Part shown: positions 26,669 through 36,077 of the stretch, one piece after another
Layout of the letters: each line of letters begins with the position of its first letter
How positions within the stretch are numbered: position 1 is the stretch's first letter
Source: an uncultured Sulfuritalea sp.
Lineage (GTDB): Bacteria > Pseudomonadota > Gammaproteobacteria > Burkholderiales > Rhodocyclaceae
DNA length: 56,271 bases
NCBI GenBank assembly: GCA_964650115.1
Contig: CAZYTN010000001.1
Coordinates: 3,236-59,506, forward strand
Reading direction: 5' to 3'
Program-made: the position numbers and the translations under genes
Notes under the pieces: generated by a model
The model's input: only the letters and a program-made list of their open reading frames with translations
Database searches by the model: none
Told to the model about the DNA's origin: nothing

Positions 26669-28028
26669 GCGTCTGCTTCTCGCGCAGGGTCATGAACTCT
26701 TCGGCCGATGTCGGATGGATGCCCAGCGTCGCATCGAAATCCGCCGTGGTCGCCCCCATGCGCAGTGCCACCGCCAGGCCCTGGATGATTTCCGGCGCAT
26801 CCGGCCCGACCATGTGGGCGCCGAGGATGCGCTGGCTGGCCGCGTCGACCACCAGCTTCATCAGGGTTCGCTCGTCGCGCCCGCTCAAGGCGTGGCGTAG
26901 CGGCTTGAAGCTGGATCGGTAGATATCGACTGCATCGAACTTTTCCAGCGCGGCGGCTTCGGTGAGGCCCACGGTGCCGATCGGCGGCTGGCTGAAGACG
27001 GCCGACGGCACCAGCGCCAGATCGGCGGCAACCGGCGCCGGGCCGAACAGGCTGTTGGCGACGGCGGCGCCTTCGCGGATGGCGACCGGCGTCAACGCGA
27101 TGCCGTTGGTGACATCGCCGACCGCGTAGATGTGGTCGGCGCTGCTGCGCGACCAGACATCGACGCGGATGCCGCCGCCCGGCGCCAGTTCCACTCCTGC
27201 CGCGCCAGGATCGAGGCCGTCCGTATTGGGCGCCCGGCCGGTGGCGTACATCACGGCATCGAAGGGCGGCGCTCCTTCGCCTGGTCCGGTGAAGCATGCA
27301 TCGAGCGTACCGTCGGACCGACGGTCGATTCGGGTGACCGTGCTTTTGAGAATGACGCCGATGCCTTTCTTGCCAATTTCTTCATGCAGATGTCGACGCA
27401 CGTCGTCATCGAAGCCGCGCAGGATCTGCTCGCCGCGATAGGAGAGCGTGACGTCCGCGCCCAGGCCATTGAAAATGCCGGCAAACTCGACCGCGATATA
27501 ACCGCCGCCGACAATCAGCACGCGTTGCGGAAAAACCGGCAGATCAAAGGCTTCATCCGAGGTGATCGCATGTTCAATGCCCGGCACGGCCGGTCGATTG
27601 GGTTTGCCGCCGGTAGCGATCAGGATGTGGCGAGCGCGAAATCCGCGGCCGTCGATATCCAGCGTGTGCGGATCGATGAAACGCGCCCTTCCCCGCAAAA
27701 CTGCCACGCCGGAGCGATTGAGCAGATCCTGGTAAATCTGGCTCAGGCGCGAGATCTCCTTTTCCTTCGCCGCCACCAGTGCCGGCCACGAAAACGAGGC
27801 AGGCGGCGATGTCCAGCCAAAGCCGGCCGCATCGGCGAAGTCTTCCGCATAGTGCGAAGCCTGCACCATCAGCTTCTTGGGCACGCAGCCGCGAATCACG
27901 CAGGTGCCGCCATAGCGGCTGCTCTCCGCGATCGCCACGCGCGCGCCCAAGCCGGCGGCGACACGAGCGGCGCGGACCCCGCCCGAGCCGCCGCCGATGA
28001 CAAAAAAATCAAAATCGAAGTTGCTCAC
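26652..28028 (-). CDS. gor: Glutathione-disulfide reductase
   Basis: GGGSGG, GTCVIRGCVPKK, GGGYIAVE..YRG (NADPH-type) and HPTSAEEF. GTG start after AGGAG. Confidence 0.92.
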   Translation of the reverse strand: MSNFDFDFFVIGGGSGGVRAARVAAGLGARVAIAESSRYGGTCVIRGCVPKKLMVQASHYAEDFADAAGFGWTSPPASFSWPALVAAKEKEISRLSQIYQDLLNRSGVAVLRGRARFIDPHTLDIDGRGFRARHILIATGGKPNRPAVPGIEHAITSDEAFDLPVFPQRVLIVGGGYIAVEFAGIFNGLGADVTLSYRGEQILRGFDDDVRRHLHEEIGKKGIGVILKSTVTRIDRRSDGTLDACFTGPGEGAPPFDAVMYATGRAPNTDGLDPGAAGVELAPGGGIRVDVWSRSSADHIYAVGDVTNGIALTPVAIREGAAVANSLFGPAPVAADLALVPSAVFSQPPIGTVGLTEAAALEKFDAVDIYRSSFKPLRHALSGRDERTLMKLVVDAASQRILGAHMVGPDAPEIIQGLAVALRMGATTADFDATLGIHPTSAEEFMTLREKQTRGRHA

Positions 28029-28050
28029 TGCATTTCTCCTGGAACCTGAT

Positions 28051-29064
28051 TCATCTACATTGATCATTGCTGCATTCCACGGTCGGCAGATTTCCCGCAA
28101 TGACTCGCATGGCGAACAAGGTGGCCGCGACCCCGGCGATCAGGGCGAAGTAGCTTGCCAGCGACCACACCGAGGCCGTCGGCACCGCCGCGAGGATAAG
28201 CGTGTCGTTGCCGCCGGGAACCAGCGCGCCGCCGATGCCCATCAACAACCCGCCCGCGACGCGGCGCGGCCAGTGATGCCAGTGGTTGCTCAAGGCGAAC
28301 GATCGTCGTTGCCGCGAGGACGCCAGCATGCCGGCGAGCATGGCGATCACCAGGAGCGCGTGCAGGGCCGAAGGTGCCGGGGCGGCACCCTGCCAGGACA
28401 CCGCTTCCGCCCGCAAGAAGTTGGTGTACGACCAGGCGCCCTGCAGGCTGTACAGAAGCCCGGCGGCGATACCCAGCAGCGCGGCGGCGCTCGACAGGCG
28501 GTAGGCGGGAGCGAACAGGCGATCCCTGAAGCCAGCCAGGACAACGGACGAGCGCCACAGTTGAATTGTTTCCGCCAGCACCCACAGCCACAGCAAGAGC
28601 AGCAGCGGCAGAACCAGTGCATGGCCGCTCAGCCAGAACGACGTCGTCTGCCTCAAGGCTCCGCTGCCGAGGTAGGCGGCGAACTCGTTCGCCGCCAGGA
28701 CTCCGATCACAAATGCCGCCAGGGTTCCGAGCATGCTCAGATCGCCGTCGGCGAGGCGTTGCAGGGTCGATAGCGAGCAGCCGCCATTCACCGCCGCACC
28801 GATGCCGAACACAAAACCGCCGGCCAGGGCGACGGCATGCGGGGTCCGCTCCAGCGCGGGTACTGCCGCGGCGGGGTAAAGCAGGAGCAGCGCGCCGGCA
28901 ATCGCCGCGGCCCACGCCGCCGCCTTGAGAAAGCTGGCCAACACCCAGGCCGTTCCCGAACTCATCATTTCTGCCACGGCCCGAACCGTGCATAGGCTCG
29001 CCCGGTGCGCGGCAAAGCCGATCAACATGGCGAAGATAAGCGACAGTAAAGGGAGCAAAAGCAC
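28051..29064 (-). CDS. YeeE/YedE family sulfur-compound transporter
   Basis: Polytopic membrane protein with RASLC, FGIGAAVNGGC and LMGIGGALVPGGND. Confidence 0.82.
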   Translation of the reverse strand: MLLLPLLSLIFAMLIGFAAHRASLCTVRAVAEMMSSGTAWVLASFLKAAAWAAAIAGALLLLYPAAAVPALERTPHAVALAGGFVFGIGAAVNGGCSLSTLQRLADGDLSMLGTLAAFVIGVLAANEFAAYLGSGALRQTTSFWLSGHALVLPLLLLLWLWVLAETIQLWRSSVVLAGFRDRLFAPAYRLSSAAALLGIAAGLLYSLQGAWSYTNFLRAEAVSWQGAAPAPSALHALLVIAMLAGMLASSRQRRSFALSNHWHHWPRRVAGGLLMGIGGALVPGGNDTLILAAVPTASVWSLASYFALIAGVAATLFAMRVIAGNLPTVECSNDQCR

Positions 29065-29079
29065 GGTGACGACCTCGAT

Positions 29080-29286
29080 CTATACCAACACGATGTCGTC
29101 TGGCGCGACTTCGAGACGCTGATTGAATCCGTAGCAAATCAGCTTTCTCCCCGTGTCACTCACTGCTCCGATCAGAAAACAGTTATCAAGGGCCTGCCCC
29201 CGGCGCCTGACGCTTGCCAGCAGTGAGCGAAATCGCGCCGGATGAAGCCGCACCAGCTTGCCCACGTAGCGTTTCAGATTCTTCAT
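29080..29286 (-). CDS. Small basic hypothetical protein (68 aa)
   Basis: First ORF after the putative ECF promoter at 29353, with a 15-bp gap to yeeE and two Cys. Confidence 0.6.
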   Translation of the reverse strand: MKNLKRYVGKLVRLHPARFRSLLASVRRRGQALDNCFLIGAVSDTGRKLICYGFNQRLEVAPDDIVLV

Positions 29287-29352
29287 GATCGACGGTGATT
29301 TCCCTTCTGCCGTATCGGCGCCGAAAGCCGATGTAATCTGACGTCTGGCCCT

Positions 29353-29381
29353 TGGTCGGAAGACGATCCCGATTACTTACA
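29353..29381 (-). promoter_or_regulatory. Putative ECF promoter (TGTAAG-N17-CGACCA)
   Basis: Repeated motif upstream of the hyp-yeeE-gor-EAL operon. Confidence 0.7.
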
Positions 29382-29427
29382 TGGCGGACAGGCTGATCTT
29401 GTTCCCGGTGCGGTAGTGACCCCGGAC

Positions 29428-29456
29428 TGTAAGTTTACTGATGCCACTCGCGACTA
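29428..29456 (+). promoter_or_regulatory. Putative ECF promoter (TGTAAG-N17-CGACTA)
   Basis: Repeated motif upstream of the MASE1 kinase. Confidence 0.65.
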
Positions 29457-29630
29457 AAACGCACACGGTGGCTTAAAGGCGGTCTATGTCATACCTGCGC
29501 GTTCCGATTCCGATCGTTTGCCGATCACCCCGTTGCGCCGCGCATGTTCACTTTTGCCGTGATTGCGCGGCCCGCTGCTTGATTTCCGGAAGCTACGCGA
29601 AGTGTGCGCATTCGATTGCGGGCTTAGTCC

Positions 29631-31682
29631 ATGGAATCCACCAAGATGCCTAAGCGTTCCGCTCAGTCCGGAGCAGGGTACCTCGATTCATCCACTTCGC
29701 TGGCGCCGTCCGCCCGTTTGCTTGCACATCTTCTGACGGCGGCCGCGTACTACGGCGCCGGCATGCTGGCCTTTGCCGTCTTTCCTATCGGCAACGGAGT
29801 CGCCGGCATCTGGCCAGCCGCCGGCATCTCGGTGGCGGCTATGTTGCTGCTTGGGCCATCGGTTTCACTGGCGATTTTTCTTGGCGATTTTCTGGTCGGC
29901 CTGAACACCGGCCTGCCGGTCGGCCACGCCTTGCTGCTCGCCATCGGCGCCGTCGGCGAAGCGCTGATCGCCTGGTTCCTGCTCGCGCGTGTCACCGGAA
30001 TCGATCTGCGGCTGAGGCGCATCAAGGATGTCACTGCTTTCATCATCGCCGGTGTCCTGCCGTCCGCCATGCTTTGCGTGATGCTCCGGGTGCTGCTGCT
30101 GGCGGTCATCGGCGACTCCGGGCCGATACCGGCACCGAATGCGCAAACCGTGGTTGTCGGCTTGCTGGGGCATGGCCTTGGCGTGCTGCTGGTGGCACCG
30201 GTCGTCCTTTCATGGACGACCGAAAGACCCCTGCCGCGGCCATCCGCCGAATTCTGGCTGTTGCTGCTGGCGGCCGTGCTGCTTAACGCCGCCGCATTCA
30301 CGGCGACGCCGAGCGGCCCGGCATCGGCGCTTCTTTATGCCGTTTTCGTCGTCGTCCTCTGGGCGGCACTGCGCTTTGGCCCCCGCGAGACATCCGCCGT
30401 GATGCTGCTGACGGCGATTTTCGCCACATGGGCGGCGGGGCGGGGCGCCGGACCGTTTCTGATCAGCAACCCAACCGAGGCGCTGTATTCGCTCGGCCTG
30501 TTCCTGCTGGTCGCTGCAGCGACGGCATTGTTGCTCGCCGCCGCCGCCGGCGAACGCGCCGCCGCGACGCAACGCGTCGAGGAAAGCGAGCATGCGCACC
30601 GCACGCTGATCGAGCAGATGCGGGAAGGGGTCATCACGCTCGACGGTTCGCGCCGCCTCGATTTTGTTTCGGATCGTTTTTGCGCCCTGTCGGGCCGGCA
30701 ACGCCAGGAACTGATCGGCCGACCCTTCACCCTGTTGGTAGCCGCCACGGATCGTCCGCGGCTTGACAAGGCGTTGGACGACACCGAAGGCGGTCGGGAT
30801 GTGCAGATCGAGGTCGAGCTGGAGCTGGAGCGCGCTCGCGAAGGAACCATGCTTGCTTCGTTGGCGCCGCGCCGCCTGGCCGGTTCCCCGGGACAGCCAG
30901 GGAGAATCATGGCCGTGGTCGCCGACATCACCGAGTCGCGCCGGGCCGCGGAACTCTCCCGCTTGCGCCTGCAGCAAATCGCGCACACGAATCGCGTGCA
31001 GTCGATGGATGAAATGGCAATCGCGTTCGCCCATGAGATAGCCCAGCCGCTGACCGCGATCACCAGCTACGCGCAAGCGGCAAGGCGCTTTCTGTCGTCC
31101 GGCCTCGGCGCCATCGATTCCGTCAGCGAGGCCATCGACGGCACCGAGCGCGAAGCGCGTCGCGGCTCGGAAATCGTGCGACGGATTCGCGGCTTCGTTC
31201 AGGACAGGAAGTCCGAGCGCGTGCCGCAGGTGGCGGATCTTCTTGTCGACGAAGTCGCCCGTCTCGCCGCCCCGGAGGTTCGTCAGCACGGCGTCGAGTT
31301 GCGTACCGACCTGTGCGGCGGCGGCTGCAAGGTTCTTGTCGACCCGGTGCAGATCCAGCAGGTTTTGCTGAACCTTGTGCGCAACGCCGCCGAGGCCATC
31401 GACGAGGCCGGGTCGGAGACAAGGCTCATTACCTTGCAAAGTCGCGCCACCCCGCCCGATGGCGTTGCCTTCTCGGTCATCGACTCGGGGCCGGGATTCG
31501 GCGCAGCCGAGCTGGAAAAGATATTCGAGCCGTTCTATACCAGCAAGATTGACGGCGTCGGCATCGGGCTGGCGCTGTGTCGATCGATCATCGAGGATCA
31601 CGACGGCCAACTGGATGGCGCCGCCGAACCGGGCCATGGAGCGACATTCACCTTCACCCTGAAGGAGTACCCCGATGCTTGA
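29631..31682 (+). CDS. MASE1-PAS sensor histidine kinase (FixL-like transmitter)
   Basis: IWPAAG MASE1 signature, PAS segment, AHEIAQPL H-box, QVLLNLVRNA, DSGPG and GIGL. Confidence 0.9.
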   Translation: MESTKMPKRSAQSGAGYLDSSTSLAPSARLLAHLLTAAAYYGAGMLAFAVFPIGNGVAGIWPAAGISVAAMLLLGPSVSLAIFLGDFLVGLNTGLPVGHALLLAIGAVGEALIAWFLLARVTGIDLRLRRIKDVTAFIIAGVLPSAMLCVMLRVLLLAVIGDSGPIPAPNAQTVVVGLLGHGLGVLLVAPVVLSWTTERPLPRPSAEFWLLLLAAVLLNAAAFTATPSGPASALLYAVFVVVLWAALRFGPRETSAVMLLTAIFATWAAGRGAGPFLISNPTEALYSLGLFLLVAAATALLLAAAAGERAAATQRVEESEHAHRTLIEQMREGVITLDGSRRLDFVSDRFCALSGRQRQELIGRPFTLLVAATDRPRLDKALDDTEGGRDVQIEVELELERAREGTMLASLAPRRLAGSPGQPGRIMAVVADITESRRAAELSRLRLQQIAHTNRVQSMDEMAIAFAHEIAQPLTAITSYAQAARRFLSSGLGAIDSVSEAIDGTEREARRGSEIVRRIRGFVQDRKSERVPQVADLLVDEVARLAAPEVRQHGVELRTDLCGGGCKVLVDPVQIQQVLLNLVRNAAEAIDEAGSETRLITLQSRATPPDGVAFSVIDSGPGFGAAELEKIFEPFYTSKIDGVGIGLALCRSIIEDHDGQLDGAAEPGHGATFTFTLKEYPDA

Positions 31683-32316
31683 GACAACCACCCAAATGCC
31701 GACCATTTACGTCGTCGATGACGAGCCGAGCGTGCGCGACGCGCTGCGGCTCCTGTTTCGATCGGTCGACATGACGGTGGTCGAGTTCGACAACGCGCGC
31801 GCGGCGTTGGCCGCCGCCGGCGAACTGGAAAGCGGCTGCCTGATCACCGACTTGCGCATGCCTTTGATGAGCGGCATCGATCTGATCAAGGCCCTGCGCG
31901 AACGCGGTTGCCGCCTGCCGATTATCGTCATCAGCGGCCACGGTGACGTCAAGCTGGCGGTGCGCGCATTGAAGGCGGGCGCCAGCGACTTTGTCGAGAA
32001 GCCGTTCAACGATCAGGACCTGCTCGATGCGGTGAATTCGGCGCTTAAGCTGCCCTCTGGCAGCGACCGGACACAGGCGGTCGGCGGCGACATGGCGGCG
32101 CGCATAGGGCAGGTCACCCAACGCGAACTGGCCGTGCTGAAGCTGATCGTCGCCGGCCGGCCGAACAAGCTGATCGCGCGCGACCTCGACCTCAGTCCGC
32201 GCACCGTGGAGGCGCATCGGGCCAGGGTCATGCAGAAAATGCAGGCCGGTTCGGTGGCCGAACTCGTCAGCCTGGCACTGCGCGCCGGCATCGGGATGGA
32301 CGAGGACTCCGCCTAG
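31675..32316 (+). CDS. FixJ/LuxR family response regulator
   Basis: VVDDE, DLRMP, SGHGD and KPF receiver motifs, plus LSPRTVEAHRARVMQK HTH. Confidence 0.92.
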   Translation: MLETTTQMPTIYVVDDEPSVRDALRLLFRSVDMTVVEFDNARAALAAAGELESGCLITDLRMPLMSGIDLIKALRERGCRLPIIVISGHGDVKLAVRALKAGASDFVEKPFNDQDLLDAVNSALKLPSGSDRTQAVGGDMAARIGQVTQRELAVLKLIVAGRPNKLIARDLDLSPRTVEAHRARVMQKMQAGSVAELVSLALRAGIGMDEDSA

Positions 32317-32537
32317 CCTGGATCGCGCGACGTATACGTAGTGAACGCATGCCAATCAAGTAGCAGTACGAATATCCATCGTGATCGCAAATGCCTAAAG
32401 TGAAGTCATCGGATAAGCGTTGCTTCAAAGCGCTCTACCCGAAGAACAACCAGTCAGCCGACTGGCAACCAATTGACTACATCAAGGAGAATCATCATGA
32501 GCACACGTAAATCCATTTCCATCCTCGCGCTTGCCCT
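32124..32537 (+). repeat. Direct repeat copy 1 (regulator 3' end, promoter region and first 14 codons of the next gene)
   Basis: Near-identical to 34175-34600. Confidence 0.9.
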
Positions 32538-32850
32538 CGCTTTTACCGGCCTGCTAACACTTGGCGGAACAAGCTTCGCCGCGGATGCCAACGACGCTTA
32601 CCATCGCGCTTTCCCTGGGGAGGGAGGACTGTCCAACCTGCGGATGGAGACGGACTCGACCGGCAAGGCCGCCTATGGCACTCCGACCGACAGCTCGCCG
32701 TGGTCTGGCCACGATGCCTACAACCGGGCCATCTTCGGCAAGGCCCCGAGCAAGCCGGATTCCGACTCCATGGGCAAGGCAGCTTTCGGTACCGGCAGTT
32801 CCACTATCGACGGCCATGCCGCCTACCGGGGCGCCTTCCGCGGCGATTGA
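32497..32850 (+). CDS. Small secreted protein with internal repeats
   Basis: AAGGAG RBS, signal peptide ending SFA, three (H)xAYxxAF-like units and two DSxGKAA(Y/F)GT units. Confidence 0.8.
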   Translation: MSTRKSISILALALAFTGLLTLGGTSFAADANDAYHRAFPGEGGLSNLRMETDSTGKAAYGTPTDSSPWSGHDAYNRAIFGKAPSKPDSDSMGKAAFGTGSSTIDGHAAYRGAFRGD

Positions 32851-33021
32851 TGGCACCGGCAATGTCCGCCAAGTCCCTATGCGGGGCCTCCCTCATACGC
32901 CAGGATTCCCTCGGTACGAATAACGAAGGGTTCCTGGCGGGCAGGTTTCTCGGACTCAGACATTCCCGGAATAAAGTGGCCGCTCCCATAAGCCTGAGGT
33001 CGGGTCGCGGGCGGAAACGTC

Positions 33022-33858
33022 TTACCAGGCAGCGTGCATGAAATAGCTCGGCTTGGGGGATTCAAGCTCGGTGGTCACGGCGACGAACGGCTGGCGCTCG
33101 GTGCTGCTGGCAACTGCCATGCGGACCTGGGTCGCTTCGATGCGGGCATAGGCATCGGCAAACGGTTCGTTACTGCGCAATGCCTGCAGTAGAGCCTCGA
33201 AACCGCTGTAACCGGTTCGGCTGAACCAGCGACTGACTTCCTGTTTTGCCGTGCCATAGGTGAGTTGCATGTTTTCCCCGTTGGCACCGGTCAGGCGGAT
33301 CCAGTCGTCCATCGCCACCAGGGCGCTCAGATGCGGAGCTTGGGCGCCGTCATCGGTGGCGGCCATCCAGGCATCTTCGGAGAACTCGGCGGCCATGCTG
33401 ACCATGACCGCCTGCCCTTCGTCGAACCACTGTGGAACTTGTTCCAATACCTTGGCAAAGCCGCCTATCCGGGCGCAGAACTCGGCATGTGCCAACTCAT
33501 GGGCGATGATTGCTACCCGCTGGCCTTGCGGGGATATCACCAGATTGTTGCCGTCGGAAAATCCCAGGCCGACGGCACCGAATTTTCGGTAGCAGTCGGT
33601 CGTTGAGCAAAACACAACGTTCGGCCGCGCGAGAAGTTCGCCGTAGAAGATTCCGACCCGCCCCCGCGCTTTCTCCAGCAACTTGCGCGCCTGTTCCACC
33701 TGGTCGCCGGGCATGGCCGGGTCGACATACACACTCTCGCCCACATGCCGCATTCCGGCCGCTTCCGGCGCAGCCAGAGAAGCACCCGCGGCGCCGCGGG
33801 CAGAAAATGCCGCCACGGCACACAGGGCAATAAGAACGTAACGGCTAAACAGCGTCAT
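33022..33858 (-). CDS. Exported HExxH metallopeptidase-like protein
   Basis: Signal peptide, IIAHELAH followed by PQWFDEG (gluzincin-like). Confidence 0.75.
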   Translation of the reverse strand: MTLFSRYVLIALCAVAAFSARGAAGASLAAPEAAGMRHVGESVYVDPAMPGDQVEQARKLLEKARGRVGIFYGELLARPNVVFCSTTDCYRKFGAVGLGFSDGNNLVISPQGQRVAIIAHELAHAEFCARIGGFAKVLEQVPQWFDEGQAVMVSMAAEFSEDAWMAATDDGAQAPHLSALVAMDDWIRLTGANGENMQLTYGTAKQEVSRWFSRTGYSGFEALLQALRSNEPFADAYARIEATQVRMAVASSTERQPFVAVTTELESPKPSYFMHAAW

Positions 33859-34174
33859 AAGGATATGGCCTCGCTTCAGATCGGTTGACCGCGGCGCAAA
33901 GTATGGCGGATCGACAGCAGCTAAAGCTGACCTGGATCAAACGAATACCTCGTAAAAACTGGCACGCAACTTTTAAGTCTATCTGATCAAGCGCGACACG
34001 GGAACAGAGTGATTTACTTTTTTTGACACCTCGAATAACCGTGTGCCAGCACCGACTTTCTACGGCCGCCCAATAGAAGGTAGGTGGTGGCTATCGCTTC
34101 CCCGGCGGGGTATGTTCTCCGGTTCCTCCAACACCGCAGCGCGCATCATGGAATTCATCAAGATTCGCGGCGCA

Positions 34175-34367
34175 CGAACTGGCGGTGCTGAAGCAGATCG
34201 TCGCCTGCCGGCCGAACAAGTTGATCGCGCGCGACCTCGACCTCAGTCCGCGAACCGTGGAAGCACATCGGGCGCGCGTAATGCAGAAAATGCAAGCCGG
34301 TTCGGTGGCCGAACTCGTCAGCCTGGCACTGTGTGCCGGCATCGTGCGCGACGAAGACCTCGTCTAG
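34175..34367 (+). pseudogene. Duplicated 3' fragment (HTH only) of the FixJ-like regulator
   Basis: ELAVLKQIVACRPNKLIARDLDLSPRTVEAHRARVMQKMQAGSVAELV matches the C-terminus of 31675-32316. No receiver domain. Confidence 0.8.
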
Positions 34368-34600
34368 GGCAACGGCCAGCGCGGACTGCACGACGTATAC
34401 GTAATGAACGCATGCCGATTAAGTAGCAGTACGAATATTAATCGTGATGGCATACGCCTAAAGTGAAGTCATCGGATAAGCGTTGCTTCAAGACGCTCTA
34501 CCCGAAGAACAACCAGTCACCCGACTGGCAACCAATTGACTACATCAAGGAGAATCATCATGAGCACACGTAAATCCATTTCCATCCTCGCGCTTGCCCT
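34175..34600 (+). repeat. Direct repeat copy 2
   Basis: Near-identical to 32124-32537. Confidence 0.9.
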
Positions 34601-34841
34601 GGCTCTCGGCGGCGGCATGCTTGCCACCCCTGCCTTTGCCGATCTGCCCAAGGAACCTGGCGACATCCGGGTGATGGACACCAACAAGAACGGCAAGATC
34701 GAGAAGGACGAGTACATCGCCTATGTCTCGAAAATGTTCGACAAGACCGCCGGTACGAAGGGTTACTGCACTTTCGAGGAAGTCAAGAAGGGCTTCCGAG
34801 AAGGTTTTGATTTCACCATTTTTGGCGGCAAGGCGGGTTAA
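34560..34841 (+). CDS. Secreted EF-hand protein
   Basis: Signal peptide ending AFA and a canonical EF-hand loop DTNKNGKIEKDE. Confidence 0.82.
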   Translation: MSTRKSISILALALALGGGMLATPAFADLPKEPGDIRVMDTNKNGKIEKDEYIAYVSKMFDKTAGTKGYCTFEEVKKGFREGFDFTIFGGKAG

Positions 34842-34851
34842 CACGTACTGT

Positions 34852-34909
34852 CGGCCGGCGCCACTTCAGTCAGACTCCTTCAGGGGCTGGCGTGGCGCCG
34901 GGTCGTTTT
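34852..34909 (+). terminator. Probable terminator hairpin
   Basis: CCGGCGCCAC..GTGGCGCCGG stem followed by GTCGTTTT. Confidence 0.5.
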
Positions 34910-35021
34910 CATTGGAAGCCAGTCTTCCGCCACAAGCGATGTGTGACCCTTGGCCGGGTTGGCGACTATTTGTCCATTCGGGCGTGACCAGGATTCAGGG
35001 AGACCTCAAGGAGAAGAAATT

Positions 35022-35507
35022 ATGCACGCACTGAAAAATCTGTTGGCTGTCATCGTGCTGAGCCTTTCGGCCCCTATGGCTTTTGCCGACCTGGAGCCGG
35101 GGCAGACACTGCCGCGACTCGACATCGAATTGCTGGGCGGCGAGACGCTGACGGCGACGCAATTGGCGGGCAAACCGGTGGCCTACCTGTTCTGGGCGAC
35201 ATGGTGTCATGTTTGCCGCGGTGAGTTGCCGTCCTATCAGAAACTGCATGCGCAGTATCAGGCACGTGGATTCCGGGTTATTGCCCTGTCGCTCGACGAA
35301 TCGGCGGCCGACGTAAAGAAGTTCTGGGCGGACGCCGGGTACAGCTTTCCCGTCGCCATGCGCAGCGATGCACTTCGCGACGCCTTCGGCGACATCAAGG
35401 GGACGCCGACGCTCTATGTCATTGACCGCGAGGGTCGCTTGGTGAAGAAGCAGCTTGGCGACATCGACGCCGGCGAACTGGAGCAGTTGATCAAGCGGCT
35501 GCTTTGA
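35022..35507 (+). CDS. TlpA/ResA family periplasmic thioredoxin
   Basis: Signal peptide, FWATWCHVC and GTPTLYVIDREG. AAGGAG RBS. Confidence 0.9.
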   Translation: MHALKNLLAVIVLSLSAPMAFADLEPGQTLPRLDIELLGGETLTATQLAGKPVAYLFWATWCHVCRGELPSYQKLHAQYQARGFRVIALSLDESAADVKKFWADAGYSFPVAMRSDALRDAFGDIKGTPTLYVIDREGRLVKKQLGDIDAGELEQLIKRLL

Positions 35508-35540
35508 CAGGCATGGCGGGCTGCTTTCGCGCCAAGCCCC

Positions 35541-36077
35541 CTAGCGGTTGATCGGGCCGAAATAACGCGCGATGAGGTGGTCGATCGAGAGCAGCCCCGG
35601 TCCCTTCGCGATCAGGAACAGCAACACCGCCGCCCAGACTCCGTGCGTCGGATAGGCGTCGGGATAAACCAGCAACTGTATCGTTGCCGTCATCACCAAC
35701 AGGGCCGCCGCCGAGAATCGCGTCGCGAGGCCGATCAGGATCAGCAGCGGGAACAGGTGTTCGGCAAATGCCGCCAGCGGCGCCGCCAGTTCCGGAGGGA
35801 CCAGCGGCAGCTTGTACTCGTCGCGAAACAGCGCGACCACCGAGTCGGACAGTTGCGGCAGACCGAGCTGGAACTCGCCATTGACGATGTCGATCGCAAA
35901 GCCCTGCACCTTGGTCTGTCCGGACTTCCAGAACACGGCAGCGATGGAGAAACGGCCAAGCAAGGCGATCAGTGAATCCGGAATGCGCTCGGCCATGCCT
36001 ATCGCCAGGCGTACAAGGTTTTCGATCCGGTTGCTCAGGCTGCCGGGCGATGTCATCGTCGAAGTATCGGTACTCAT
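35541..36077 (-). CDS. DoxX family membrane protein (BufD-like)
   Basis: VFWKSGQTK, AEHLFPLLILIGLATR and GPGLLSID. Confidence 0.88.
   Translation of the reverse strand: MSTDTSTMTSPGSLSNRIENLVRLAIGMAERIPDSLIALLGRFSIAAVFWKSGQTKVQGFAIDIVNGEFQLGLPQLSDSVVALFRDEYKLPLVPPELAAPLAAFAEHLFPLLILIGLATRFSAAALLVMTATIQLLVYPDAYPTHGVWAAVLLFLIAKGPGLLSIDHLIARYFGPINR

Noticed and set aside
24815-26695. 626-aa plus-strand ORF
   Set aside because: Antisense shadow of the EAL gene.
33928-33976. FNR-like (CTGAC-N4-ATCAA) and sigma54-like (TGGCACG) sites
   Set aside because: Each matches only half of its consensus; the -12 TTGC is absent.
34942-34968. Seventh ECF promoter (TGTGAC-N15-CGACTA) before tlpA
   Set aside because: Two -35 mismatches and a 15-bp spacer. 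Possible, but not counted.
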